A stretch of 63,623 nucleotides of DNA, the filler included, from Folioceros fuciformis (Eukaryota), in assembly GCA_049999805.1 (NCBI GenBank). It is 7 parts of 7 records of this genome, joined end to end, with 100 filler letters (N's around TTAATTAATTAA, not from the genome) between each part and the next. Parts side by side here need not be neighbours in the genome. Positions count along the whole stretch, not along the records: positions 1 to 13,647 come from JBNGIO010006142.1; 6 more parts are not named here. One strand, written 5' to 3'. The notes beneath the pieces were generated by a model. The model had not been told where the DNA came from and made no database searches. It worked only from the letters and a program-made list of their open reading frames with translations. The position numbers and the translations under genes are program-made. Positions 1-12,539 of the stretch are shown piece after piece (position 1 is the first letter of the stretch; each line of letters starts with the position of its first letter).

Positions 1-253
1 CTCCTCCGTATCCCCCTTGCTCCTCTTGCTCGTAGCTCGGCTTGGCCGGCCCCTCGTACGATGGCCTCACCTTGCCCTCGTCTCCCTGGAGGTAGTTGCC
101 ACCCCCAGCTCCTCCTTCCGCGTAGCCTGTCTCCGGCGAGTACTTCCGAATGTCACCGTAAAACAGCGCGATGTTGTAGCCGCCGCTGTAAGGGGTGTCG
201 TCGTACTCGACGTTTTCATCATGGGCCGCGCCCTTGTGATGAAAGAGCGGCAT
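1..253 (-). CDS. 5' part of At5g39570/PLDrp1-like Gly/Tyr/Glu-rich protein (runs off window edge; absent from ORF track)
   Basis: Manual translation from ATG at 253 gives MPLFHHKGAAHDENVEYDDTPYSGGYNIALFYGDIRKYSPETGY...RPSYEGPAKPSYEQEEQGGYGG. This matches the recalled family motif EYDPTPYxGGYDIxxxYG followed by PSY/GYG repeats. Confidence 0.7.
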   Translation of the reverse strand, partial: MPLFHHKGAAHDENVEYDDTPYSGGYNIALFYGDIRKYSPETGYAEGGAGGGNYLQGDEGKVRPSYEGPAKPSYEQEEQGGYGG

Positions 254-849
254 TGTCACAGACTATCCGCGCTCGAAAAAAGGGAGCAATCGGGGAGCGT
301 GACGGACGGGGAGACGGAGTGCGCAAGCCGTGACAAATGAATCCCAAACGAAGCCTATAAGACCTGCAAGCAGAAGAACGGTATTGTAGGAAAAACACCG
401 CAGGCTCTGTCCACATCCTATTAGTCCTTGGCTCTCGCACTGGGAACGGGCACACAATTCGTGCTCCTTGAAAAGCAGAAAATATGCATTTATTTAGCCC
501 TGATAAAATTGAGTCCTCCGACACTGACATCAGTGACATTTGTTCATAGAGCATCCGACACCCCTCCGGCCCTAGCGTTTTCCACCAGGCCCAGCCCGTT
601 CATTTAGTGATCCACAATTTTCTATTTCTTCTATTTCTATTTCTTCGGTTTCACATACTCTATTATCATTTATAATGAGGTCTTTGATTTTTTTTATTTC
701 TTAAATTTAATAGTAATATTATTCATCTTCTAATGTTTGGTTTGTGTAACATTCTAGCTTGCTTCCACAATGTATGCACGATGCTTTGGGAGTACCATTG
801 GGAGGACTTTACGTCTTTTTGGATGACTTTGCAATTTTCAGCTTTAGGG

Positions 850-3652
850 TGCAACACGCAGCACATCTGGACGAAGTTTCAAAACGCTTAAATTAGCTAG
901 CATCGACCTAAACCCTAATAAGTGTGTATGGAAGGTAAAAAAGGAGGAGCATGCCCTTCACTTGCAAGGAGGTTTGGTCCTTTGTGCAAGCTGCCAATTA
1001 CTATTGAAGATAAAATCCANNNNNNNNNNCAATGTTCCAACCTCTCTTGTACACGTTGGTGTGGAAAGAGGAGGCACTTGTGTGGGATGAGCCAGCAACA
1101 GAAGCATTTGAGAAACTCAAGGTGTTGATGTCCTCAACTGCTATCATGAAAGCTTCATATTGGTTATCATATTTCTTTGTGAGCATAGAAGTGATTGAGG
1201 TTTTCTTTGAATATGCATTATTCCATATAATGAAGTTTGGTAAGATGTACCATCTAGTCTATTGTGCAAGTAGATTGATACCAAAGCCAAAACAAGAAGT
1301 ATAGTGAGATTTTGTAGGGACCATGGCTTCAGTGAAAAGTACTAGTACTACTTGATCACCAAACCATTTATCTTCCTTGTTCAAATGCATGCTATCACAT
1401 ACTTAATGCAGGTATCAAATCTAACAAGGCGGTTTACGAAATAGATCATGTTCCTTAGCAGCTATGATTTTGACATCCAACTCAAAACATTGAAGTTCTC
1501 AAAGGTTCTAGTCCAACTCAAAACCTTGAAGTTCTCAAAGCTGAAAGTTGGTTTATGTGGATATGAAGTTATCGATGGATAGGAAGTTGAGGAGACCAAC
1601 TTGGATGACGTGGCCTCCGTGATGGCTCCTGTAAAGAGGAAAAATTGGAAAATTTATTGGAGGCAAGAAAGCGACTTTGCTCACTTTTCCATGGGATTTA
1701 CAAGGGTGACAAGCTCAAAGATGATGATGACATCTAGTAGCTTTGGATGGATGGGGCAGTGGCTCACGAATGTGGGATTGATAGGGCGGTGGCTCATGAA
1801 TGTGCAGGCATTAGGTTGTACTTGCGGGGATCAGGAGGTGTTCCAATTGTGAAGATTAGTAAGGCAATCCCGTCATGCACCAACAATAAATAAAGTACTC
1901 TTCTTTGTTTGCAAGCATCACAAAGGCAACATTTAGGAGGTTTGTCAATCTTTATGTCTGTTGTGATAGCCAATTGATTGTGAAGCAGCTAAATGAGCCG
2001 TACAATGTCAGGGCTAAGCATTTGCAATGCTTACATATGCAGATGTTGGAGTTGATTCCAAGTTTCAACTAGATCTCTTTTATCCATATTTCACGCCATC
2101 AAAATCTACAAGTAGATGGACTCGTTAAAGCTACTCTACAAGTGAAGCAATAACGTGAAGAAACTAGCAGGTCACAGCATGTTTTGGGAATTTGCGGTGT
2201 TTCAGTTGTGAACATGGAAGAATGCAAGCAGAACACTCTTGTTGAAGAGAGTGGAAGATTGAAGCAAGATGTCACCATGTATCGCATTGCTACTAGGAAT
2301 TTAGAGGAGTATGAGCATGAGGCTCAAGTTTAGAAAATTGAGATTGTTGCAAAAGGATTGAACAAACCACCAAGAGTCAAAGTGGTTGTGCGAACACCAA
2401 ACAAAGAAGTAACTTATTTCATCCCTAAGACTATCTCCCTGATGTTAGAGAAAGACAATTTGTTACTTGCAACTCACATTGGGTTGGCTGATGCTACATA
2501 TTGTGGAGCACTACGGGCAAAAATAAAAAGTAATGTTAGTGGAATCATTATGAAAGCACAAGCTTTTTGCAAGGGAGAAAGAACCACACTAGAGAGAATT
2601 TCTTGTTGCAAATTGAAGAGCTAGTGAAGTGATTTCAGGGTGTGGGCTTTAAGCATGTCCTAAAGCGGATGACTTAGCAAGGACAAAATTCGGCAATCAT
2701 AACTATTGTAAGTAGGGATTATGAGTGTAGATCATGAAGGACGTTGTGGGTGATGTTTGTACACGAAAATGATCTTGCATAACTACATGTGAAAATCACT
2801 CATTATCTTGTGGGTTAGAAGCTACTTGATGGCTTGGATATGAGATAGAGGAGGCAATTTGAAAATTGTTGTAGAGCTTACACAATTGTTGAGGGACTGC
2901 TTTTTAGGATTGGAGGAGACAAAGTGTTGAGGTTCTATGCAGGAGACTGTATCTTAAGAATTCTACTCAAGTACATGATTTAGTTTGCGGTGGCCACTTT
3001 GCTTCAACTGCAACAATAAAGACGAAGTGTGCTTGATTTTTTGACCCACCCTATTTCGGGATGTGCATAAATACTACAAACAATACGCAAGGTGTCAAAA
3101 ATATGCACCAACAAGTTTGAGGAAGGGTTTGCTCTGCCCTATTTTCTAAAAGGACCTTTCATGAAATAGGGAGTGGATTGTGTAGGCCCTATTTTGCTTG
3201 TCACATTGCAAAAGAAAGCCTAATTAGTGGTTGCAATAAACTATACAACCAAGTGGTTGAAGGCCTACATTATAATAATAATAATTTTTGGTGAGATTGT
3301 TCCTTTGTTTCTACATCACTAAGTGAAAACTAGGTTTGGATTCTCTCATGAGTTGATCTTTGACTAAGGAAAGGAGTTTTTGAACACTTTTGTAGCTAGA
3401 ATGACTAGCATGCCCATAATTAAGCATTGGTTTGCAACCCCTTATCATATTGTAACTAATAGACAAGCATAGAATTCTAACACTTTGATCAAAATGCTAG
3501 CCAAACTTTGCAAAGCTACTCAATTGAGATCAACACCTCATAGAGTGCTTTGGGCCATACTCACAAGAACAAAGGCTTACCTTAACTTGTCACCCTTTAA
3601 TATGGTCTAAAGAGTGGAAGAACTCACGTTTGCTGCTGTATTATTAAGATTT
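850..3652 (+). mobile_element. Degenerate Ty3/gypsy pol (Tat-like, with additional RNase H), left part
   Basis: RT-RNase H connection WDEPATEAFEKLK (1032-1304). Extra RNase HI remnant DSQLIVKQLN...ISFIHISRHQNLQVDGL (~1960-2130). Integrase remnants CGGHF, GPFMK*GVDCVGP, NYTTKWL, RFGF, TPYH, SPFNMV (~2980-3610). Many stops and frameshifts. Confidence 0.8.
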
Positions 3653-3657
3653 GGATC

Positions 3658-3853
3658 TGACAATTATGTCTTGTAATTAGCTAGAGTACCTAAACTAAGA
3701 AGCAAGACTTAGATACAAATATAATGTGTGTATATATAAAAATGAATACATATGTCCTTATATACAAAAATTATAAGTGTCCTTTGCGTTAGATAGGTTA
3801 ACCCTCAAGTAACCTATCTTAAGTAAACTCGTGTTGGGTTTAATTCCCCAACA
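3658..3853 (-). repeat. 3' LTR of copia element
   Basis: TGACAATT...CCCCAACA. Six mismatches to 10061-10256 by eye. Purine tract TAGGTGGGAG (minus strand, 3854-3863) is adjacent. Confidence 0.95.
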
Positions 3854-4112
3854 CTCCCACCTAAACCCACACGAGGGTTACTCATACACACTTTACTTCG
3901 CACAAACTGTAATCATACAGAAGCACTAAGCCACCGCTACCTATGAGTGACATGGTACACTACATGGAGCTCCTGTCCGTGTTCCTCTCGTGCATGCTAC
4001 TCGTGAGGAAGGAAGGTGACACATACATAAAGGTGGGAACGCGCACAAGGGCTACTTCCAATGGCAACGCCACCCTCACTCACAAGACGCCCAAGGATGA
4101 AGAAGACCAACA

Positions 4113-4609
4113 GTGGCAGCGCTGACAAAAGCCAAGCACAAGGACAACCCTGGCGACTCTGTATCAGAGCTTAAGTCTTCTAATTCCTCCGAGACATCCA
4201 AGCCCAGCTTGACAGATCTTGATCCAATGCAAACCCCACGGGTGAAGAGGTGGAGAGCGCTTCTCATAGCAGAGTTCATAGAGATCCTCCCACTGCTCCC
4301 GTGCTAGCTGACCAAGTTGAGGCAGTCTTTGCTACGCTGGATGAAATGGAGAAGCTCCTGAATGTGAAGAGGGTCGAGCTTGCTAGGCATCAGGCGGCTC
4401 TGGTTGAAGAAACTGTCGCACGGGCTGTTGGCATTGCGGACAAAGTCTGTAATGACATCGAAGCAAACAGAACCAAACATGTAGGCAGAGACTATTGTGT
4501 GTGCACCTACAGTAGCCGACTGTGCCCACTGTGCGGGAAGAAGTTGTACAAGGTGAGTTCTACACTAACCATACTGTATGTTCTGTCCACGACTAGATTT
4601 GTGAAATAA
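4113..4609 (+). pseudogene. Antisense accessory ORF(s) in copia 3' region (helical segment plus Cys-rich CxC...CxxC)
   Basis: Overlapping ORFs 4113-4307 and 4250-4609 read continuously with one frameshift near 4300: RALLIAEFIEILPLLP / VLADQVEAVFATLDEMEKLL...YCVCTYSSRLCPLCGKK. Confidence 0.4.
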
Positions 4610-4829
4610 GCTTCATCCTCTGGACAATCCATGTGTTTGACACTAATCTGAGACTTGTCTTTCTAAGTAGGGAGGCTACAAACCTAGAGCAGTTTCAAAA
4701 CAGAACGGTGGTAAGGGCCACTAAGATGCATATCCCTTGTGTGGACAAGACAGCAGTGAACTCCCCAGGACAAAGCCATGGCTCTGCATAGAATAGTTAG
4801 GTTATTTTCTTAGGATAGCTGAACTCTTT

Positions 4830-5890
4830 AAGACCTAAGGCACCCATGTGCTGAAAATGTTTGGCCTTTGGGAGCCCTTTTGTGAAAATATCAGCGGTGT
4901 TCAAGTGAGTACTGATGTACTAACTTTGATAGCTCCTCGTTCTGCCACATCCCGGACATAGTGATGATAAAGCTCTATATGCTTTGTCCTCCCATGAAAC
5001 CTGGGATTGGAAACGAGAGCTATAGCACCCATATTGTCGCAGTGCACCTTAGTTGGTCCGATTTGCGGTTGTTGCACTGACTCAAGAAACTACCTTTGCC
5101 ATTCAGCTTCTTTGCAGGCATCCGGAAGGGCCTTGTATTCTGCTTCGGTTGAGCCCTGCCTGTCGATTACGTAGAATCTGAATACCAAGGCAAAATTGAA
5201 GTTCACCTTGGTCTGTCATTTCGAACTCCTGCCTAAGCATGTCCTTAACTTTATTTAACTACCCTATGTCATTGCTGAGCAAGACACAATCATCGACATA
5301 TAGAGCCAAGATAACAAAGAGAGCACCAGTGGCAAGGTAGAACACATTTGTGTCAGCTGGACTTTGAAGAAAACCCAACGTCTGAAGGTACTTCACAATA
5401 CGCTTATACCAAGCTCTTGGGCTCTGCTTTAGCCCATATAATGTTTTAAGAAGTTTACAAACCTTCTTAGGCCACTTCTTGCTAACAAAACCCTCTGGTT
5501 GTTCCATAAACAGGGTTTCTTTAAGCTCGCCATGTAGGAAGGCAGTGCACACGTCCATTTGGTAGACTTCTAAGTCGAACTCTGCGGCCATAGCAATTAA
5601 GATGCGAACTGAGGGTGGTTTTACAACCGGGGAAAAAGTATCACCAAAATCAATTCCAGGAATCTGGCTAAAACCCCTAGCTACCAACCTGGATTTGTAA
5701 CGTGCTATGGTACGATCAGAAGTTAGCTTAGTTTTAAAAACCCACTTGCAACTGATAGGTTTTCTGCCCAGTGGTAGATCAACTAGTTTCCAAGTGTTAT
5801 TTTTAATCAAGCTGTTATATTCATCATCTATTGACTTGCGCCAGTGTTCTCCATCAGGTCCGTTTAGAGCCTCTGCATAAGACTGAGGAT
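4830..5890 (-). pseudogene. Copia reverse transcriptase-RNase H with internal deletion
   Basis: Motifs KWVFKTK, YKSRLVARGFSQ, QMDVCTAFLHG, LYGLKQSPRAW, LYVDD. At ~5150 QILRNRQAG joins directly to STEAEYKAL...HCDNMGAI...RTKHIE, so the RT C-terminal part and the RNase H start are missing. Confidence 0.92.
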
Positions 5891-6279
5891 CTGATCAAAC
5901 TTCAGGGACATGAAGATCAGACACATGAGCAGCAGGCTTGCAAATGTCTTCAACTTGATAGGGTGGGTTCAGCCAGTTTTCCCTTGTTCGTCTTTCACAA
6001 GTGGGATATCTCAAAGACTCTGGCTATACCTCACAGTCATTTTGTTGTGCATAATCACCAAACAGCAACCCAATATCTGAGGTAGCTTGATTGGAATCCT
6101 CCGACTCATGTAATGACAGGTCATCATTAGAGTCCTGTCCATGAAGATCCAGATCAGCATCATCTAGATCAAGGTCAACAGGTAAAGTAGCCTGTTGAAT
6201 TCCAGGTGGAGTTTCAGAGTCATCTCTAATAGCTTGTACAGTAGTATCTGCATCTTCATGTTCCTGTTGTGAAGGAGGC

Positions 6280-7680
6280 TCACCATCTAACATTGGATAG
6301 GTGTAGGGGTGGAGCAAGTACAGACTGATCGGTATCCACTAAAGGATCTACAAGATGGGGATCCACATCTAGCTTAGGGGATGACAATTCTCTAAAGGTA
6401 ACGCTGCGAGAGAGGGTAATTTTTAAGGTTTGGGGATCAAACAGTTTGTAAGCTTTGGACTCTTCTGAGTAACCCAAGAATATAAGGGGTTTAGCCCTAG
6501 CATCTAATTTCCCCCTCTTGGATTCAAGGATATAAGCAAACGCTGGAGACCCAAAAACTCGAAGATGCAAGAGGCTGGGCTTTTTACCCCAAAAGGCTTC
6601 ATAAGGAGTCTGTCCTGGGAGAGCTGCTGTAACCACACGATTCAAAATATATTTGGCAGCAACAACAGCCTCAGCCTAGAAGCTTTTAGGTAAGGATGAC
6701 CACGAGAGCATGCTTTGTGTCATTCCCATCAATGTTTGGTTCTTACGCTCGGCAACACCATTCTACTGCTGAGTGTAGGGAACAGATAGCTGCCGAATGA
6801 TGCCGAACTGCTGGAAAAGGTGATCAAACCTGTAACTTGTAAATTCACCTCCATATCTGTACGAAAGCACTTGACTAATTTTCCTGTTTGACATTGTACC
6901 ATTGGAATCTAGGAAGCAATGGTATCAAATACATCACTCTTCAGCTTAAGAGAAAAAGTCCAAGTGTAGCGTGAGAAGTCATCAGTCAACGTGAGATAGT
7001 ATTTAGCGCTGGCAAGAGACTTCACAGGGAGTTTACCAGCTATGTTAGAATGAACTAGCTCCAAGACAGATTTGGCCCTTGTTGATGTTTTATTCTTGAA
7101 TGGTAACTCTTTTTGCTTGGATAATATGCAGGAGCGACATGCCTCAAGATGCTTAAAGCAAGGAGGAAGTTGTTCTCTGTAACAGTTAGACGAAGACATA
7201 AGATCTAACTTAGACCTGTTCACATGTCCTAATCGTGCATGCCAGAGGTTAGCCTGTACATTGTAAGCAGCAACAGAGCCCTTACTTTGGATTTTTGAAT
7301 TGTTACTAACTGATACAAATCATTGATTAGAACAGCCTTAGCAATAGAAACTTCTGGAAATGACTGCTGGTAGATATAACACTTCCTGTTCTCAAACTTA
7401 AAGCCATATTTCTGACTCTGAACAAGGGCTCTGATGGATAGAAGATTCTTACTCATCTTAGGGACAAAGAGTACATCATCTAGATGCAGAACTGTTCCAC
7501 CAGAGAGAGGTATGTTTACTGAACTAGTTCCTTTTACCTTAACACCACGAGCATCACCAACATACATTAGTTGAGGTGACTGCTGTTTGTGTAGGGTGGA
7601 GAAGAGTTTACGGTTGTTGTAGACGTGAGCCGTTGTGCCAGAGTCCACAAACCAGGAGGGAGACTGATCCTTATAAGAAG
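6280..7680 (-). pseudogene. Copia protease, GAG-pre-integrase and integrase (frameshifted)
   Basis: WFVDSGTTAH, LFVPKMSKNLLS, CRSCILSKQ, LELVHS, DDFSRYTW, TPYEAFWGKKP, LRVFGS, FLGYSEESKAYKL. Confidence 0.93.
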
Positions 7681-8904
7681 TCAGGCAAACTGTAAGGACA
7701 GTACTCCCACTCTTATGCTAAGATCCAGAGGTCTTGTTCTCCTTTGATGTAATGTGAGCTTTAGATCTGGAATCCTTCTTAGGCTCACCCGCCTTCTTTT
7801 TCCTGCAATCACGTTCCTAGTGGCTGGGGATCTGACACCAATTACAGTTACCACTGCGTTTGGTTGGGAAGTTTGAAGGACAGGTAGAAGATGTGGGTGT
7901 CTTCTTGCCCTTGTCTTTTCCTCTCCACTATCCTTTTCCTTTGGAGGCAAACAGGACCTTCTCCCCTCGCAGGCGGGAACCTGAATGGGTATGTAGGTGG
8001 CCTTGTTCCTCTTGCAAGAGAGCCCCTATGATTTCATTCAGATTCAATGTTGATGGTAAAGAAATTAAAGTAATTAGGGTTTCATTACTTAAATTAATAG
8101 CCAGCATTTATTAATGCATTAAATTGAANNNNNNNNNNNNNNNNNNNNNNNNNNNNNNNNNNNNNNNNNNNNNNNNNNNNNNNNNNNNNNNNNNNNNNNN
8201 NNNNNNNNNNNNNNNNNNNNNNNNNNNNAAATGGGGGCTCTCTAAAAATTTCTTCTCTAGTCGATCACATCTACGTTTTTAGATGGTTGACCACTTGTTG
8301 TTGCCTTGTATGCGTCACGCAAGGTGGCATTCTGACTGGATATGAATGTTTGATAGGACAAAGGCAGGCTGGCCAACAGTTGAGTAGTCATCTCCACCTC
8401 AGTGATTTTGGTACCTAGCATGGCAAGCTGTGCCCGTAGGTGCCTCAACTTAGTGACATGAGCCCCAACTGGTTCCCCGTCCTTCAACCTAAGACTATGG
8501 AAGTTATTACGAGCATTGATCATCGTACAAACATTCTGAACCTGGTACGTATTAGACAGCTGCTTCCAGACAGCTTCAGCTGTTTCCAAGGTGTCAACTT
8601 CAGTTACTGTTGACTCATCCAGACTAGATAATAGTATAGCAAAAGCGACTTTGTTGCCTTTCTTCCACTTTGCTATCTCATCAGCTGTTGGTTGTGATAA
8701 TGTTGTGCTAGGGACCTTCAATGGATTGGGTATGGATCCGTCCACATACTCCCACACGTCCCTAGCATCCAGGTTAGCTTTCATTCTCACCTTCCAGCTC
8801 TCAAACCTGATGGGTTTCCCGTCAAATCTGTCTTTCTCCTTAAATTCACCTGAGTAAAGAGACCCGACAGATGTAGATTGAGGAGCTATTGGAATGGATG
8901 CCAT
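7681..8904 (-). pseudogene. Copia gag (UBN2-type with zinc knuckle), interrupted by an insertion
   Basis: ORF 8257-8904 contains FESWKVRMKANL and QLLASLPLSY. Removing 8058-8287 restores SGQPS-TLNLNEIIGALLQEEQ. A knuckle remnant CNWCQIPSH*ERDC lies near 7800-7850. Confidence 0.9.
8058..8281. mobile_element. Nested insertion of unknown type within copia gag (contains assembly gap)
   Basis: Flanked by duplicated GATGGT at 8052-8057 and 8282-8287. AT-rich non-coding sequence on both sides of a 100-N gap. Confidence 0.75.
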
Positions 8905-9351
8905 GATGGGCTGAATAAGTGTTGGATTGACAGGAATGACAGAAAGTGGTGGATCAGAATACAGCCAAGAGAATTAGTCCAAATTTGAATCACTATCTGA
9001 GTCAACCTACAACATCAGCTACATACCCAACAAGGCACAACTACAACATAGCCTGATGAGACAGAAAAGGTACGAAACGGTTTGTTGAAATAGCGTTTTG
9101 TGAACTCTAGTTTTAGTTCTTAAAAAGGAAAACCCTAAAACTATGTCATGTAAACATCTAACTGAATAACGATTCACATGACATTGGCAGGGGACCAAGA
9201 ACGCAAGAGACATGACTCCAGCAACGAAGAGGCAAACAATAGATGGATCTTGACACGTGGATGCATCATTCAACAGGTACAACTCTAGAAAGTGCTTGTT
9301 GAGCGCTCCCTTGTCAGCATGCTGGGATCCCAAATGCTGTAACGCACCGCT

Positions 9352-9810
9352 TCAGATCTTGGAAGTTGTTGCACCCTGCTGATCCCCAGCACTTGCTCCC
9401 TCCCTCATGGAAACGAGTGATTTCAGATATAGGGCTGCAACTAGCTGAACGACGGAGATTGAAGAAGATTCCCGAAAAACCTTGAGACTAGCAATCTCAT
9501 TCGCAAGTTGACTGACTTCTGATTGGAGAGATTCCACATCGGAAGAAATTTGTTCAAGCTTTGGCTGAGTCTGAACAAGCAATCGAGTCAACAGGGCTTC
9601 AATGCTGTCCAACTCAGAGGAGAATCTCTTACTTGCAAAAGGACGTCTTGTGGAATCCAATTGATCAAATAATGCCACGTCTTTGTCAACTCCTACTAGC
9701 CAATTGTCTCTTTTAGTCCTTGATTGCAAAAGGTTTCTCCTCTCAATCTCAAGACATCTGGCGAGCACACGACTGTAGTAAGTGTGAGGAGAGACAAGAC
9801 ATTCTCTCAC
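9352..9810 (-). CDS. Extra ORF between PBS and gag, predicted coiled coil
   Basis: 152 codons without stops, sense to gag, with heptad-like LEQISSDVESLQSEVSQLANEIASLK. The ORF-track start is not ATG. Confidence 0.45.
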   Translation of the reverse strand: MRECLVSPHTYYSRVLARCLEIERRNLLQSRTKRDNWLVGVDKDVALFDQLDSTRRPFASKRFSSELDSIEALLTRLLVQTQPKLEQISSDVESLQSEVSQLANEIASLKVFRESSSISVVQLVAALYLKSLVSMREGASAGDQQGATTSKI

Positions 9811-10046
9811 TCCATTCTGCCTCTCTCTATCCTGGATCCGAACATCAGAGTCCAGATTATTGTGTCACCTTAGGATATAATCGGACCTAGCAGCCCAAGG
9901 AGGTGTAGGAATAGGCCTGTTGCTATGCCTACCACTCCTTCTGGGCATTTTAAGCACAAGGACCAGAAACTGATGCGACTATCATCTATGATTATTGAGA
10001 CCCTAGACTAGACACATCAATACAGCGGAAGACTCAAGAGCATCGA

Positions 10047-10060
10047 GGGCTCTGATACCA
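10047..10060 (-). promoter_or_regulatory. Primer-binding site (initiator tRNA-Met)
   Basis: Minus-strand TGGTATCAGAGCCC immediately inside the 5' LTR. Confidence 0.95.
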
Positions 10061-10256
10061 TGACAATTATGTCTTGTAATTAGCTAGAGTACCTAGACTA
10101 AGAAGCAAGACTTAGATACAAATATAATGTGTGTATATATAAAAATGAATACAGATGTCCTTATATACAAAAATTGTAAGTGTCCTTTGAGTTAGATAGG
10201 TTAACCCTCAAGTAACCTATCTTAAGTAAACTCATGTTGGGTTTAATTCCCCAATA
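10061..10256 (-). repeat. 5' LTR of copia element
   Basis: Direct repeat of 3658-3853. The terminal CA has changed to TA. Confidence 0.95.
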
Positions 10257-10261
10257 GGATC

Positions 10262-11700
10262 ATGACCAAGCTGGATGTGCATGAGCAAGGATGAGATGAA
10301 GCAAGAAGAAATCTTTGCATGAGCAAGGTCTAAATGCTTCTAGTGGTAAGAAATAGAAGGGAGGTTTTCCTACAGTTGAGGTACTATGTGTGACACGGTA
10401 GATCATGTCCTATGGAAGATTTTGATTCTTTGCAGAGGCCACTAACTAGTTTGCTACAAGCCTCTCACTTTGAGTTTACCTTACCCCCCTAGAAGAGTTA
10501 TCTCTTTAGACTCATCTTTGGCTATACCAAGCTGGAGTAGGTTTAGAAGTGCTCAAGATGAATGAAACCAACTTTGACATTGTCCATCTAAGTAATCAAA
10601 TTGACTTGATCCTAGTTGACCATGTCGAGGTTGAGTGGAAGGTCTTGAGAGCATGTTAAGTGGTTTGCCTTAATAAAGCCTTACTCTGCAATATGAAGAA
10701 AGAATTTAGTGCATAGGAAATGGTATGAGGAGTGTGAGAATTCTTGATGATGGCTAAGGGTGTCATGGGAACAAAAATTAGCTCCCTCCAAGGCTTATAT
10801 GGCACCAATAGTCGGACCCCTTAACGAAGAGTTAGCACAAGAAAATTAGTAGAATCTAATATCCCTAAAGATTATTCACAAGATGAAGAAGATGCTAGAG
10901 GAGTGGGAATCGGAAAAGCCCATGATTCTCTCAAATAAAGAGAGTGAGTCAAATCAAGCAACAAGGGGCCTTTATTAAGATAAAGGTACCAAGGATTCAG
11001 ACGTTGTGGAGGGTATGGCTTGTGTTTGAACTATGCGGCTTTTGCAAGTGTCACTTAATTATTACAATAGCATAATTTTTTTGGCTATGTTTGAAGATTC
11101 TAACTTTAGAGTATGGAGAGTAGCACTCCCTTAGGTAGTTCTAACCTCATCAAGGGAGCTGGGAACTAATAACTTTTTGGGGTGTGCTACTATTAAGGAT
11201 CACCCATGAAAGTGTTTGTGATGTTGGTTCTACCACTCTATAGGATAGGCCTAACTTAATGTAGCTAGGACTGAGAATATGTATACTTTATAGGGGGGCC
11301 ACGTATTGCGATGTGGGAAGGTGCCGAGAATTCAATGAGGAAAAATGCAGTGGAGAAGGTATAAGAGGTGTCTTGAGCATTTAATGATGGATAGGGGAAA
11401 TTGTAGTGGAGAATGTACAAAAGGTGTTCTACTATTCTAGTTAGGAACATTCTTAATACTAGAAAGATGAGGGTATGGCTTCTTAGCCTCATTTCACTCA
11501 TTCTTCCTAAGCATGACTAGGGAGGTAAGGGTTTGGTTTCTCATCCTCATTCCATCTAAGTTCTTGGGCGTTGGAGTTTTTCGTTTTTGTTTGATACATA
11601 GTAGACTTTCCTATCCTTGTTTTAAGGATTACTTTGTTATAAGGAAAATATGGGAAAGCATGTTCTAAGGAGAATATGGGAAAGTCATATATCTACAACA
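10262..11700 (+). mobile_element. Probable continuation of the degenerate gypsy element (post-integrase region, PPT, LTR remnant)
   Basis: Resumes after the copia TSD. PPT-like TAGGGGGG at 11291 is followed by TGTGGG. The right boundary is uncertain. Confidence 0.45.
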
Positions 11701-12539
11701 ATAGCTTATGACTTTGTTCTAAAAGCAAGCCCCTCCTGAAATATCCACTATGAGCAAGGTGTTATTTTTACCCTATCACTGGTTCGGTCCCAGTCCCCAT
11801 ATGTGTTAAAAAAAACTTGGGATTGGAGGCTCTTCAGGAGTTTGGTCCTCAACCTTGATCCCCCTTTTTAGGGACTGAAAGATTCATAAAAGGTTTATTT
11901 TATAATTAATAAATTATTTAATTTTATATTCAAGGATTTATAATTATTATGGACACATGGACTCATCTTATAATTGGTATGGTCATAAAAACACTTGCCT
12001 CATGGATCTATGGGCTATGTCTTAATTTATCTAATACCATATGTGGCATATTAATAAAGTCTTTATTCTATAAGATTTTAAGAGCTTACTTTGATACATC
12101 TAACCCTAAATGGATAAAAAGTGGATATGTAATATTTTACTTTAAATATATTTATTAATATACATAATAATTTATTAATATGTACATTCATCTATGAAGA
12201 TGGACTAAGATATGGTATCTCAACCATAGGCTTATATAGCATTCTTATCCTATCATGCTATGAATACACACTCTTCAAAAGTATATAGGGCTACAACACT
12301 AGCATTTTTAACATCACTCATTATTGCTCTCCTCATTGTGGTGTGCTCCTTATTCTTCTTCCTTCTTAGAAAGGGCTTTTCTTTTCTAAAGCTCATCTCT
12401 TTTTGAGCTCTTTAGGTTTAGAGTTCATTTTTGTTTGAGTTCATCTCTTTAAAGCTTTGTTTTTTTGGCTTTTTGTGTGCTATTTTTTTTTTAATTTACA
12501 AGTACGGATGGCTCATTTTTCTCAAAGTTCAATACTTTG

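Larger units (their letters stand above)
3658..10256 (-). mobile_element. Ty1/copia LTR retrotransposon with both LTRs, defective
   Basis: Two 196-bp direct repeats and a GGATC target-site duplication (3653-3657, 10257-10261). Met-tRNA PBS and PPT present. Domain order gag-PR-IN-RT-RH on the minus strand. Confidence 0.97.
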
